Shown: piece after piece, positions 29,564-40,183 of the stretch
Numbering within the stretch: position 1 is the stretch's first letter
Layout of the letters: each line of letters opens with the position of its first letter
Origin: Candidatus Iainarchaeum sp.
GTDB lineage: Archaea; Iainarchaeota; Iainarchaeia; Iainarchaeales; Iainarchaeaceae
DNA length: 53,302 nt
Reading direction: 5' to 3'
NCBI GenBank assembly: GCA_016202305.1
Contig: JACQPB010000005.1
Span: forward strand, 1-53,302
Notes under the pieces: model-generated
What the model was told of the DNA's origin: nothing
The model's database searches: none
What the model saw: only the letters and a program-made list of their open reading frames with translations
Translations under genes and position numbers: made by a program

Positions 29564-30649
29564 TCACACCAAGGAGCCGAGTATTTCCTTTATCCCGATT
29601 TTCCTCACCTCGATGCACGAATCTGCCGCGCCGGAATAAATCAGCAGGCCCTTCCCGTCCCTGTCCGGAATCGCGGCAGTCGGGAACACGACGCTGTTCA
29701 CGAAGCCAGTCCTTTCGTAATATTCCTTCGGGCCGAACAGCGGCTCGTCCTCCGGTGTCCTCGCGATGACCCTTTCGGGATTTTTCGCGTCGAGGAGCAT
29801 CGCTCCCGCGCTGTAGACCTTGCCCTTTTCCGGCCTTTTCCTGTTCACATAGCGCACGCCGTGGTATATTGCGAGCCAGCCTTCGCCGGTCAGGAGTGGC
29901 ACGGCCCCGGGCCCTATCCTGAGCTCGTCCCAGGAATTGTCCCTCGGGCTGAGTATCGGCCTGTCCCTCCCCCAGAACTCGAGGTCATTAGAATACGAAA
30001 TCCAGATGCGCGGCTTGTCGAATATCATCGTGCCTTCTGGCCTGTGAAGTGCGGCGTACATGCCGCCGATTTTCTCCGGGAATATCACCGCATCCTTGTT
30101 CTGCTGCCTGAATATTATCCCCTTCCTCTCCCATTCCACGAGGTCACGGGAGAGCGCGAGCGAAGTCGACACGCCGCTGCACATCGAAACTGAAACGTAC
30201 GTCATCGCGTAGAGCTTCTCCTTCCGCAGGTGCGTGATGCGCGCGTCCTCCACTCCGAAATCGCCGTCTTCGCTGAGGCCGGCGAAATCCATCGCCGTGC
30301 TGGCTTCAACCACATTCATGCCTGATTCGTCAAGGAGTATTTTCCTGAAGTGGGATATTGTGGGGAGCCTGTAAATGCTGTTGTCCATTATGAAGCTCTC
30401 AGGGCCAAGCCGGCCCTTGCTCCGCGGTATCTCCTCGATGATTATTTTAGTGCGCTTGGTGCCGGAGAAGCGCGGGGCGAGGAAAATCCTCTTTCCATGC
30501 TTCGGGGTTTCCGCGATTCTCGCATACAGCATTATCTTTCCGTCCCGCAGCCTCACGGCCCCGGGGTTCAGGACGCCGCGCACCCGGAAGTTCGGCAGCG
30601 TCGGCCGGATGTCTTCCGGGGAAAGAAGGAGCTTCGGCCTCGATTTCAT
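29564..30649 (-). CDS. GH130 family glycosidase/glycoside phosphorylase
   Basis: VLNPGA, GVEDARIT, NKDAVIFPEKI, LHRP, WLAIYHG, VVFPT and YSGAADS motifs. Confidence 0.88.
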   Translation of the reverse strand: MKSRPKLLLSPEDIRPTLPNFRVRGVLNPGAVRLRDGKIMLYARIAETPKHGKRIFLAPRFSGTKRTKIIIEEIPRSKGRLGPESFIMDNSIYRLPTISHFRKILLDESGMNVVEASTAMDFAGLSEDGDFGVEDARITHLRKEKLYAMTYVSVSMCSGVSTSLALSRDLVEWERKGIIFRQQNKDAVIFPEKIGGMYAALHRPEGTMIFDKPRIWISYSNDLEFWGRDRPILSPRDNSWDELRIGPGAVPLLTGEGWLAIYHGVRYVNRKRPEKGKVYSAGAMLLDAKNPERVIARTPEDEPLFGPKEYYERTGFVNSVVFPTAAIPDRDGKGLLIYSGAADSCIEVRKIGIKEILGSLV

Positions 30650-30755
30650 GCTATGTAATTGTCGGACGCCGTATTTATAGGTTTTGCAGGGCAAACCCGG
30701 CCCTATGACTTTCTTTCTTCAATATTTCTGCGAATGTTATGATTTAGGCTTCTAA

Positions 30756-31040
30756 TCATGTTTGATAATCCGTAGAGGGTCCAAAAATAGTAATGATTAG
30801 CTGCGCCGGGAATACATCATTCAACAAACCCTTGATGGCCCCTACTTTAACGCTGTCAAACCCGGCTTCCGCCAAACCTCTAAAGAAAACGCTTCTCGCC
30901 GATGGGTAAAGGTAGTTCAGCCCTTTTACATGCAATTCATTTCTTTTCCCGGAACTGTCAGCAATTCTTGGCAAATCATTTTCCTTCCCAAACGCTACGA
31001 CCGTGCGGCCAAATCTAATAAAATGACTCTTGAGTGGCAT
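30756..31040 (-). CDS. Small orphan protein, lower GC
   Basis: 94 aa ORF from the ATG at 31040 (MPLKSHFIRFGR). Confidence 0.35.
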   Translation of the reverse strand: MPLKSHFIRFGRTVVAFGKENDLPRIADSSGKRNELHVKGLNYLYPSARSVFFRGLAEAGFDSVKVGAIKGLLNDVFPAQLIITIFGPSTDYQT

Positions 31041-31219
31041 TAAAGAGTAGCCATTGCCCAAACCTAAGAAAAACTGATTGCCCGGAGCGAATCCGCACAA
31101 GCAGGTTTTTATATTAGTAATTGTTATTATTAGCGAATATCAGCGAATTCGGGATATTTTCCGGGGTTTTACGGTGTTCCAGGTTTTTGCAGTCGCGAAA
31201 GGGGTTTTGGGGTTTATTC

Positions 31220-34200
31220 ATGGCCGGACTTGCTGATTCTCTTGGCGGCCTCTATTATTCGCTCGAGGACCGCTACTACGAAATCCTTGACGGCCTTGAG
31301 GAAAATGTGCCGGTTTACAAGGTCATTGACCCCATCGACAAGGTTTTTCCGTCATTCATCCTGCTCCTGATTGTACTGCTCCTCGCCATTTCCGCGGCCA
31401 TCTGGTTCATTGCCGGAGGCGGCCTCGCCTCGCTTTTCGCGGCCCAGACCGCGAAGTTCGTCGTAGTTGACAATGATGACACGCGCCTGGAGGGAATTGC
31501 CGTGTCTTTTTCCGAGGGCGCCCGGAAGGAAACCAAGACCACGAACGCGTTCGGCGAGTTCAGGACAGGCTTTTTCGGGAAGGCAGTTGCAATGGAAGTT
31601 GATGCGGAAGGGTATGCGCCTTTCAGGGACGTGAACGGGATAGAGCCGGGGAAATCGTACAGGATAAGGCTCAGCCAGGAGGCCGCGGACGTGAAGCTGA
31701 GGACTATAAGCTTCGAGCTGAGGGGCACGGACAACTCGCCGGTAAGCTCCACGGCGGCGGTTTCCATGTCATTTGCGTGCAGCGGCCAGGGAAGGCGCCC
31801 GGCATCCATTTCCGGGAAAGGCAGCCAGCACGCGGTTTCAGTGCAGACCGATTGCGGCGTGCTCACCTCCACAATCAATGCAACGGGCTTCGAGGAGGCG
31901 AGGAAGACAGTGGACACTTTGTCACAGCAGGGCACGGTGATAGTGAGACTCGTGCGGAAGAGCCTGTTTTCAAGCGTGAGAGTGGTGGTGCAGGACAGGA
32001 AGACGAAGGAGCCAGTGAAGGGCGTCGCACTGACCTTCAAGATGAACGGCGTCACGGCGCTTCAGGGCGGCGCCACTGATGATTCCGGCATCGCGCTCGT
32101 GGACAAGGTGCCTTACGGCGAGTACCTGATTGAGGCAAGTCCGCCTTCCGGCTCGCGGTACAGCGTCGGCTTCAGCGACCTTTTCGCGGTGGGGGCAGCG
32201 CAGCTCTCCGGTGACGTGACCATCTACCTCGACAAGGCGGATTCGTCGAAAATCCTGAGGCTCAGGTTCCTGGATGAAGCCACAGGCAGGCCCGTGCGGG
32301 GCGTTGCGGCCCGCTTCGTGGTCAACAACAATGTTTCGGGCATTTCCCTGGCTTCTGACGCTTCCGGCATAGTCGAGTTCATCAATCCTGACGCCAAGGC
32401 AGCTTATGCCGCCATCGCGACGCACGCCGATTACGTCCTCCGCGTCGTCACGGATATAGGATTGGTGGACCCTTCATCCGCATCCGCCAAGGAAGTGAAG
32501 CTCCTGAAGGCCACGTCCGCGAATTCCGGCACGGCTATGGTGCTTGTTTCAGAGCTGTCCGTCGGGCCGGTGAAAGATGCGGCAGTGCAGCTATATTCGA
32601 TAGGGGTGCCTTTCCCTCTTTTCACCGGGCAGACCGGGGATGACGGGAATGTTTCCTTCACCAACCTTCCGCTTGGCGATTACAACGCGTTCGCCTCCAA
32701 GCTCATCGACGGCACCATGTTCTCGAACAATTCCGCGAGGAAGGCGCTCGCGCCGGGCGCGGTGACGCAATTCCCAATCGTCCTCGTGGTCGCGAATGGC
32801 AAGGTTTCCGCGAGCGTGACCGACGAATCGGGCAGGCCCGTGCAAGGGGTGGAGGTGAAGTTTGTCGATTCCATAACCGGACAAACTCTCGGCTCTATGC
32901 AGACCGGCGCCAATGGATCCACTCCCCAGCAGCTCGAGCTGAAGGTAGACAAGAGGCCGTATATAGTGGCAAAAAAGCAGGGCTATTACGACGCCACCAG
33001 CATACCTTACCAGATAACGCCGAATTCGAGCCAGGTGATTCCCGTCACGCTCATTGCAGTGAAGGACCCCTTTGATCCTTACGCCCCTTTCGACGTCAGG
33101 CTCGGCGCGGTGCTTGATTCTTCCGGCAGGCAGGTGCAGGTAATGCAGGCCAAGAAGGATTACCTGCTATCATTCACCCTCATTTCCTCAGGCGACATTT
33201 CCGACGCGAAAACCGCCGTGAGGGCCGGCCTCGAGGGTGAGGCGAACGCCTCCGACAGCAAAATCGTGGTGCGCGGATTCACGTCTTTCGCGGGCAACGC
33301 GACACTCTCGCCCTGCTATAACATGGACAACAATTACACGAACTGCGGCCAGGCCACGGAAACTGACGCGAAGCAGGCCATAGCCGGATTCGGAAACCTC
33401 GGAAGGGGTTCGTACGATTTCAGGGTGGCGGTTTACGTGAAGGATGTGCCCAGGGACACACCCCTGCAGGTGAGGTTCGGGGCCAAGGCGTCTTCTGGCG
33501 GAAGCATGGCTTTCAGGCCCTCCGAGAAAACGCTTTACCTGCGCGAGTTCCTCGTTGACAAGCCATTCTGCGTTTCGGACTGCGGAATCGTGATGTCATT
33601 CACGCTCCAGGACAATGCGAAATCCGCGTTCCCCCAGCCTGTCGCCGTACCTTCGACTCCACAGCCGCTTCTCTTAAAGGGCCAGCAGTACAAGGTGCAT
33701 TACACGATAACGAACCTTTCCAACAGGGTTTTCCCCTCCGTGTCCATGGCGCTCTTGAACAAGAAGCCGCCAGCCACGCCACAGCCCGTAACTTTCGAAA
33801 GGGCTGCAATCCCGATTGGGAGGCTTGCGGCTTTGCAGTCTGCCGAGGGCGACTTTGCATTCACCGCGGCCTCTGATGCTGTTTCCACGGAAATCGACGT
33901 CAACCTCGATCTAGGCATCAGCGGCGACAATGCAAGGATTCTCGTCGGCATCTCGGCACTGAAGGTGATGAATATTGAGGTTTCCCCGGAAACGCTCCTG
34001 CCGGGGATGCCACAGGGGAATGCAGTTATAACGGTGATAGCCACAGACAAGAGCCCTGTGCCGGCGGCCAGCGTCCGCATCTATAAGGATTCGGGCGAAA
34101 CACCGATTGATACAGGAGCCACTGACAATGCAGGCCGCTATTTCGCCTCGTTCAGGAGCGCCTTCGCGGATGGCACTGTGCTGCATGTGAGGGCATCAAA

Positions 34201-34963
34201 ATCAGGATTCGTGGACGCTTCCAAGGACATAAACGTGAGAGGCACGGTTTCGCTCCTGCTTCCGGGAATAACTTGCGTAACTGCAGGCCCCACGACACAG
34301 GATCAGAAAACTATAGACTCCTTCTCGCTTGAAATCCCGAGGCGCAGGGGCGCCACGGGGTTCACGCTCCTCAACAATGCGTGCGGCCAGGACGTGATAC
34401 TCAATCTGAGGAAGCATGAGAAAAGCGACATCTCCCTCAAGGTGAACGGCGCTGCGTATGATTTCGCGGCCGGCACCGGAATAATACTGCAGAACAATGC
34501 CTCGGCGCAGGTCGAGGTGCAAACCCTCAATGAGTTCGGGGTCCACCCGATTTACGTCACTGCCAGGCTCGGGGGCGCGAGCGGGCAAGCGAACAACGCC
34601 GGAACAGTGAAAGTGATTATATTCGACCCGGAAGTATGCCTGTCAGGCGAGAAGGAGGGCTTCGCTTCAGCTTCCGACAGGTTCACGCTCGGCTCCGGCA
34701 GCTCCAACAATGCCGTGCTGGCCTTCATAAACAAGTGCTTCACCGGGCTGTTCGGCGGCGCAATAGAGGGCGACAAGTATCCGCGGAATGACCTCGCATC
34801 CCCGGACGTGCTCGGAGGCAAGGCCCTGGTGACCGCGAGCAGTGTTTCAGGGAGCGTGGAAGAGGCCAGGAGCAGGTACACTGCACAGGTCCAGCAGATA
34901 CAGGCTACGGAGGACCAGTTTTTCCTTGTTACGGTGCAGGATTTCGTGAAAGGTGGACAGTAA
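31220..34963 (+). CDS. Large membrane-anchored surface protein with tandem carboxypeptidase-regulatory/Ig-like domains
   Basis: Short N-terminal cytoplasmic segment, one TM, then repeated V.D..G.PV.G..V / T...G / G.Y...A..GY units and scattered Cys pairs. Confidence 0.8.
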   Translation: MAGLADSLGGLYYSLEDRYYEILDGLEENVPVYKVIDPIDKVFPSFILLLIVLLLAISAAIWFIAGGGLASLFAAQTAKFVVVDNDDTRLEGIAVSFSEGARKETKTTNAFGEFRTGFFGKAVAMEVDAEGYAPFRDVNGIEPGKSYRIRLSQEAADVKLRTISFELRGTDNSPVSSTAAVSMSFACSGQGRRPASISGKGSQHAVSVQTDCGVLTSTINATGFEEARKTVDTLSQQGTVIVRLVRKSLFSSVRVVVQDRKTKEPVKGVALTFKMNGVTALQGGATDDSGIALVDKVPYGEYLIEASPPSGSRYSVGFSDLFAVGAAQLSGDVTIYLDKADSSKILRLRFLDEATGRPVRGVAARFVVNNNVSGISLASDASGIVEFINPDAKAAYAAIATHADYVLRVVTDIGLVDPSSASAKEVKLLKATSANSGTAMVLVSELSVGPVKDAAVQLYSIGVPFPLFTGQTGDDGNVSFTNLPLGDYNAFASKLIDGTMFSNNSARKALAPGAVTQFPIVLVVANGKVSASVTDESGRPVQGVEVKFVDSITGQTLGSMQTGANGSTPQQLELKVDKRPYIVAKKQGYYDATSIPYQITPNSSQVIPVTLIAVKDPFDPYAPFDVRLGAVLDSSGRQVQVMQAKKDYLLSFTLISSGDISDAKTAVRAGLEGEANASDSKIVVRGFTSFAGNATLSPCYNMDNNYTNCGQATETDAKQAIAGFGNLGRGSYDFRVAVYVKDVPRDTPLQVRFGAKASSGGSMAFRPSEKTLYLREFLVDKPFCVSDCGIVMSFTLQDNAKSAFPQPVAVPSTPQPLLLKGQQYKVHYTITNLSNRVFPSVSMALLNKKPPATPQPVTFERAAIPIGRLAALQSAEGDFAFTAASDAVSTEIDVNLDLGISGDNARILVGISALKVMNIEVSPETLLPGMPQGNAVITVIATDKSPVPAASVRIYKDSGETPIDTGATDNAGRYFASFRSAFADGTVLHVRASKSGFVDASKDINVRGTVSLLLPGITCVTAGPTTQDQKTIDSFSLEIPRRRGATGFTLLNNACGQDVILNLRKHEKSDISLKVNGAAYDFAAGTGIILQNNASAQVEVQTLNEFGVHPIYVTARLGGASGQANNAGTVKVIIFDPEVCLSGEKEGFASASDRFTLGSGSSNNAVLAFINKCFTGLFGGAIEGDKYPRNDLASPDVLGGKALVTASSVSGSVEEARSRYTAQVQQIQATEDQFFLVTVQDFVKGGQ

Positions 34964-36747
34964 TGGCTCGCTATCCTTTCTATCATTTTTTGCTCGGCGC
35001 ATTGCTGCTGTTATGCGCGCAGTTTGCGGCAGCTTCCGTGTTCTACAATGGCGCGCTCGAAGTCACGCTCGACAAGCAGATTTACAACGTGGGCGAACCC
35101 CTCACTGGCAGGCTGGAGGCCACGAATTTCGAAAGCATCGGCTTCTATGACGCGGAGGTAGTGCTTGAGCTTGTTTCCGGGACATCGGGTCCACTCTCCT
35201 ACCCTACACAGTTCAGCGAGGACGGAAGGATTTTTTTCGAGAGTAAAGTGGATGCACCCATGCTGGCCGGACAGAAGAAAAGCATCCCATTTAGCATCCA
35301 GCTTCCAGATGACCTGGTTTCCGGAGCCTATTCCATTCACGCTTATTTCCGCACCGCGAGGGCGCCGATTGCAGGGATAGCCCACATATTCGCCTCGCCG
35401 AAAACTGCGGAATTCACCGTGAACGGAACCTCTGCCGGGAAATTCCCACAGCTAGGCATTCTGCGCACAAAAACCGTTTTCGCCGGATACACTGGCCCTG
35501 TCGGCACGCCCGTGAACCCTGGTGACGCCATTCCGGCGGAAGTTTACGTGAAGAACTATTCCGGCTCAGCGCTCAACGGCGCAACGGTTTGGGCTGGATT
35601 GTGCATGTGGGATGACACGGAGTGTGGCTCTTACCTTTCCGAAGGCTCCGCAAAGGCTGATTTCCTGGCAGGCACGGAAACGATGGCAAAGCTCACGCTC
35701 AGGGCACCTGACCTGCCAGGCGCCTATGCAATCAGGATAGAGGTGCGCGATGCGGACAATAGAGTAGTGTCGCTCTACAGGAACAGGGCAATCGTGCTGG
35801 GGGCGACAGCGAGGATAAAGAAGCTCGACATTTCAGGCACGGCCCTCAGCGATGGAAAGCCGTCAACAATCAGCATGCTCCTCGGTGCCTCGCCAGACCA
35901 CTACACGAAACCCGACTTCAGCGATTTTGATGTGCGCGTGTGGGTGGAGGCCGGCGCGAAGGTTTTCGAGAAGGCAGAGCACATCGACAGCCTGCCGTTC
36001 TCGGAAGTCGAGAGGGACTTGTCATTCACGTTCATTCCAACGAAGGCCGCTGACACTTTCAGGGTTTGCGCATCCGTGGAGAAGGCAGGAAAGGAGATGG
36101 ATTCATATTGCTTCAATGTCAGGCCGCTCGGCATCGAGAACGTCGTCGGGGCGCAGACAGGCAGGATAGAAGTCGGCACAAGTTACTCAGGCAGCGACGG
36201 CAGGCTTTCCCTCAGCATTTGCGGCTTCGACAGCTTCGGCAGGCCAGAAAGCCTCGACATCGGCGTTTTGCTGCTCACGGCTTCGGGGGAGAAAGCGCTC
36301 TCCGACTCTTTCGGTGCAGGCAATTGTTATGGCCAGTCCATAGGAATCGATTCGGGCAAGCATCTGCTCATTGTGGATGATTTCAGGAACAGGTCGCAGT
36401 ACAGCAAGGAGCTGGATTTCGCTTTCAAGGCACCGGCGTCATGCAGTGCGATTGGCGCAATCGTGTGCGGACAGGGCGAGCAGTGCTCCGGTGAAGGCAC
36501 GCTCGCGCCCAATGGCGAAGCCTGCTGCATCGGCTCGTGCTCCCCTGCAAAAGGCTCCGTGAGCGAGGCCCAGGATTCCGGTGCTGGGCAGGAAAGCGGT
36601 GCCCCAATCCTTCCAGGCATAGGCATTTTAGCGGCTGCCGGTGCGGCAATATTGATTTTGGCGCTCTTGTGGCTTGCATGGAAAGCGATGGCCGGACGCG
36701 GAAGGAGCGAGGGCGAAAGGGGCGCGGAAGGTGAGGATTATGGCTGA
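34963..36747 (+). CDS. Secreted Ig-like protein with Cys-rich module and C-terminal TM anchor
   Basis: Signal peptide (..QFAAA), LDKQIYNVGE beta-sandwich start, CSAIGAIVC..C..CC...C module, and a TM plus charged tail; 1-nt overlap with the upstream gene. Confidence 0.78.
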   Translation: MARYPFYHFLLGALLLLCAQFAAASVFYNGALEVTLDKQIYNVGEPLTGRLEATNFESIGFYDAEVVLELVSGTSGPLSYPTQFSEDGRIFFESKVDAPMLAGQKKSIPFSIQLPDDLVSGAYSIHAYFRTARAPIAGIAHIFASPKTAEFTVNGTSAGKFPQLGILRTKTVFAGYTGPVGTPVNPGDAIPAEVYVKNYSGSALNGATVWAGLCMWDDTECGSYLSEGSAKADFLAGTETMAKLTLRAPDLPGAYAIRIEVRDADNRVVSLYRNRAIVLGATARIKKLDISGTALSDGKPSTISMLLGASPDHYTKPDFSDFDVRVWVEAGAKVFEKAEHIDSLPFSEVERDLSFTFIPTKAADTFRVCASVEKAGKEMDSYCFNVRPLGIENVVGAQTGRIEVGTSYSGSDGRLSLSICGFDSFGRPESLDIGVLLLTASGEKALSDSFGAGNCYGQSIGIDSGKHLLIVDDFRNRSQYSKELDFAFKAPASCSAIGAIVCGQGEQCSGEGTLAPNGEACCIGSCSPAKGSVSEAQDSGAGQESGAPILPGIGILAAAGAAILILALLWLAWKAMAGRGRSEGERGAEGEDYG

Positions 36748-39700
36748 CGGGCGCATGCTTTTGCTTCTGGCGATTGTTCTGGTGTCTGTAATACTTTTGT
36801 CGCCATCCGCGCTTGCCGGCAAGCACTGCTGGTACAACGAAACCATAAGCCAGACATCTATATCAGTAAACTTTACCGGGAAGCACCTCGCATTGCAGGG
36901 CCGTGTCGTGGATGGCGCACAGAGGGAAACCTACCTCGTCAAGACAGGCGAATCGATGAACCTTGCGGACATCAGCACTTTCGTCGCCAACTGCGTGGAC
37001 GGCGCGAGGAGCAATTTCATTAACGCGGTCAGGCTCATGGAGGTGATGCCTGACGGCTCGAGAATCGAGACAGGCATAAACAATAAACTGACGTATGACG
37101 GCGCTGCCTGCGAAGGCGGCAACAACATCAAGGGCAGTGCAAAAGAGACAAACGCGTTCAAGTTCGGCGTGAGCAGGGCTTACACTTTCGAGGCCCAGTA
37201 CGCGTCTTCATTATCCTCTCTGGACCCGAAGTGGAAGCCAATAAAGAAGTTTGACGTCATAGTGGCGCCGGGCAACATTGACGTTAATATAGTGGCAGTT
37301 CCTACTGTCGGCGTCAGGAGCAGCGTCTATGCCAGTGACGCCCAGGCCGAAAGCGAGGCAATGTGGAAGATTTCGAATGTCGGAGAAGTGGACGTGAACG
37401 TGCAGGGCATATCCGCGGTCCGGTGCGAAGGCCTCATCAGCGGATGCGGCTTCTTGCTCCCGACAGAGGACAAGCCAATTGCGTTCCCGCACAGGATTCT
37501 TCCCGGCCAGTCTCTGTATTTCAGGGAAAAATTCACTGCGAAAAAGCCAGGGATTTCTCCTTCAAAGGGATTGCTTGCTGTCGACGTGCTTTACTCTGAC
37601 CCTTATGGCTTCGAGACAGTCACATATACCACAAAGCAGGTGCCGATAGAGCACGAGGTTTCATTCAGCGTGGCTTCGAGCATGGTTTATCCATACAGGA
37701 CACAAAAAAAGCCTTTCGAGCTGGATGGCGGCACGACTTACTATGTGCAGACATGCACGGACTCGCCACAGTACGAGCTCAACGGGCCCGGCGGAAACCT
37801 CCTGTTCGGAGCCAGCATTTATGATGAACAGGGCGCTCCAGTGACGCTCACCAACGTTTTCGACAACAGCACGAGATTCGGGAACACGAACTTCCACCAG
37901 GTATCCAACTGCGCCCCGCAACCCGGTTCCGCATCCTATCAAGCGCAGGTTGCTGAGCTGAAGCATATGAATGAAGGGAGCAGTGACCCAAACAGCCTCC
38001 AGTTCCAGGGCGCGGGCATGGGAAAGTTCACCACGCCTAATTTTGCTGGCAAGAGGACGTATTCTTATGTCATTGAAGGGCTCGTCGGCCTCAAAGGGCA
38101 TTACAAGAGCGATTTCATGCACATCGCAGACAAGTTCGACAATGGCACGCAGCTCCTCGTGGATGAAAACATTTTCGTCAGGGACAGCCTCGGAGCTGGC
38201 GTCGGCCAGGAGATAAAGTTTTCGGCTCCGACATCCAAGGTTTCCGCCAAGCTCACGGCCTTTGAAGGCACGAAAAGCCTCGGCCAGTACAAGCCAAGCA
38301 TCGAGCTTTCGGAGCTGGGCTCCTATCCGGTGTATTTGCTTACCAATTCATCAATCGACGGCAAGGGTCAGCAGGCAGGGCACGCATACAGTTTTTCGGA
38401 CAGCGACACAGCCATCTTCATAGACCCACAGTACGGTGACGTCTATGCCCGCACTTCATCCGTAGGAACGCAGAATATGGCCCCGCCTTCGACTGACGTC
38501 AACATCGCATGGCTCGGCACTGAAAAGTACATGTTCTATGTGAACGCCGGCCCTGTAGGATTGTGCCGCGACATGCAGGGCAACGCTTTCCAGGATGCCA
38601 CAGGCAAGGCTATGGCTGTTGCGGGCAATGCGGCCAGCCCGCACGTGAAGTATGACTGGGCACCTTCACGCATATTGCCCAACGAGTGCGACAACGGGAA
38701 CATTAACTACACGGTGTGCGATTCCGCGCAGTTTGCGATGGAGCTGCTGCGCAAGCTGAACATAATCAACGAGCTCAACAAGGCCGGAAACTACCAGGGC
38801 TCCGTGCAGGCATCCGGAAGGTTCCAGGCATATCTCATGAAGGACGGCTTTTCGACTGATTTCCAGGGGGATTTAGATGCTTACCTGAAGAACAGGTTCT
38901 TCTCCTCTGACCTTGGCTACGCTTCCGGCACCTCACCCTGGGCGAAATATTTCTCCGACACCGCCAGGCTCACCTTCTCATCAGGGGATGACAGGGCAAA
39001 CACCCCTGAAGCGCAAAAAGCCGGAAGGGGGGTGCACGAGGCGGGACTCTACAACGTCGACATTCTTATAGAGTATGACAAGAGTTCACCCTTCAAGTTC
39101 TTTGATGAATCAGGGAATCCGCTCGCGAAAATCAATGTATCGATAGGCAAGGCAGGCTCCCTGCCACCCAACCTGCTGTACAGCCTGCCTATTGATGCCG
39201 AGCTCGGACTGCTTGCCAATGCCGGCGGAATGGAGCGCCAAGGGTATGGCGTCGGCTTCACCGGAACCCCAATCCCGGTTTCGAGGTCCGGCAATGCGCA
39301 GGACTACGTGATGTCCCAGAAAATCACTGACGGAAGCACCCCTGTCGCATTTTTGGACGTCAGCTTCGTCAACAACATGGCAGATGCTACAAAGACAAGC
39401 GCTGCGCAGATGCTCCTCATAACCCCTGACAGCTCAGGGCAGGGCGTCCCGAAGTACAAGCTAAAGTTTTCCGGTGGCTATCCTGTGCCGCTGATAATAA
39501 AGGCCGAACCCTCAGGAAGCAGCCTCAGCGCTTCTTACTCCGTCTCCGAGAACAAGCAGGCGATAAACGCCGGCGCCTACCTCGCAAGGCTCTCGGAAAT
39601 ATCCTATTATGCCACGGGAGTCGCGGAAAACTGCACAGACACGCAGACAAAAGCGAAGCTTCCGCTGGTCATCGGCACAGACAGGCAGGCCAGCGCCTAC

Positions 39701-40183
39701 TCCTCTGAGCCTTCATGCAGGCTCGGCAATTCGTCACCGGATACATACAAAGTATACGGATTCAACAGGGACATAACAAACATGCCGGACAAAGGAGCGA
39801 ACGCATACTTCGGCACCGTGCTCTACCCGGTGCACTCCACCGAGGCCACCATAACGAATGCCTGCGCTTCGCAGGGAAGGCTGTATGTGGCAACGCTTTC
39901 CAATGACGGCTCGGTGTCAGGTTACAAGGAACTCGCACCGGGAAGCTCGACCCACGAATTCGACAGGCCGCAGGCCGGGCCGCAGACGCTGGCGGACGCG
40001 ATTGCGGGCATTTCATCCGGAAGCACCTGCATTGCATACGGAACCATGACAGCCGGCGCCTCTATACTGCCTGACAATGTAGGCATCTGGTGGAACGAAG
40101 GCAGGTTTGCAAAGCAGCTCCGCGACAAGCTTGCCGGCCAGCCGGCAGGGCTTCCCGTGAATGCCTGCTTCAGGGAGGCATGA
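36740..40183 (+). CDS. Large secreted Cys-rich beta-sandwich protein
   Basis: Signal peptide (..PSALA), about 1150 aa; GGTGAGG SD before the ATG at 36740, overlapping the upstream gene. Confidence 0.78.
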   Translation: MADGRMLLLLAIVLVSVILLSPSALAGKHCWYNETISQTSISVNFTGKHLALQGRVVDGAQRETYLVKTGESMNLADISTFVANCVDGARSNFINAVRLMEVMPDGSRIETGINNKLTYDGAACEGGNNIKGSAKETNAFKFGVSRAYTFEAQYASSLSSLDPKWKPIKKFDVIVAPGNIDVNIVAVPTVGVRSSVYASDAQAESEAMWKISNVGEVDVNVQGISAVRCEGLISGCGFLLPTEDKPIAFPHRILPGQSLYFREKFTAKKPGISPSKGLLAVDVLYSDPYGFETVTYTTKQVPIEHEVSFSVASSMVYPYRTQKKPFELDGGTTYYVQTCTDSPQYELNGPGGNLLFGASIYDEQGAPVTLTNVFDNSTRFGNTNFHQVSNCAPQPGSASYQAQVAELKHMNEGSSDPNSLQFQGAGMGKFTTPNFAGKRTYSYVIEGLVGLKGHYKSDFMHIADKFDNGTQLLVDENIFVRDSLGAGVGQEIKFSAPTSKVSAKLTAFEGTKSLGQYKPSIELSELGSYPVYLLTNSSIDGKGQQAGHAYSFSDSDTAIFIDPQYGDVYARTSSVGTQNMAPPSTDVNIAWLGTEKYMFYVNAGPVGLCRDMQGNAFQDATGKAMAVAGNAASPHVKYDWAPSRILPNECDNGNINYTVCDSAQFAMELLRKLNIINELNKAGNYQGSVQASGRFQAYLMKDGFSTDFQGDLDAYLKNRFFSSDLGYASGTSPWAKYFSDTARLTFSSGDDRANTPEAQKAGRGVHEAGLYNVDILIEYDKSSPFKFFDESGNPLAKINVSIGKAGSLPPNLLYSLPIDAELGLLANAGGMERQGYGVGFTGTPIPVSRSGNAQDYVMSQKITDGSTPVAFLDVSFVNNMADATKTSAAQMLLITPDSSGQGVPKYKLKFSGGYPVPLIIKAEPSGSSLSASYSVSENKQAINAGAYLARLSEISYYATGVAENCTDTQTKAKLPLVIGTDRQASAYSSEPSCRLGNSSPDTYKVYGFNRDITNMPDKGANAYFGTVLYPVHSTEATITNACASQGRLYVATLSNDGSVSGYKELAPGSSTHEFDRPQAGPQTLADAIAGISSGSTCIAYGTMTAGASILPDNVGIWWNEGRFAKQLRDKLAGQPAGLPVNACFREA

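Noticed and set aside
31121-31219. Class III (pilin-like) signal RKG/FWGLF in the extended N-terminus
   Set aside because: It depends on an upstream TTG start and is not followed by a hydrophobic helix; the ATG at 31220 is more plausible.
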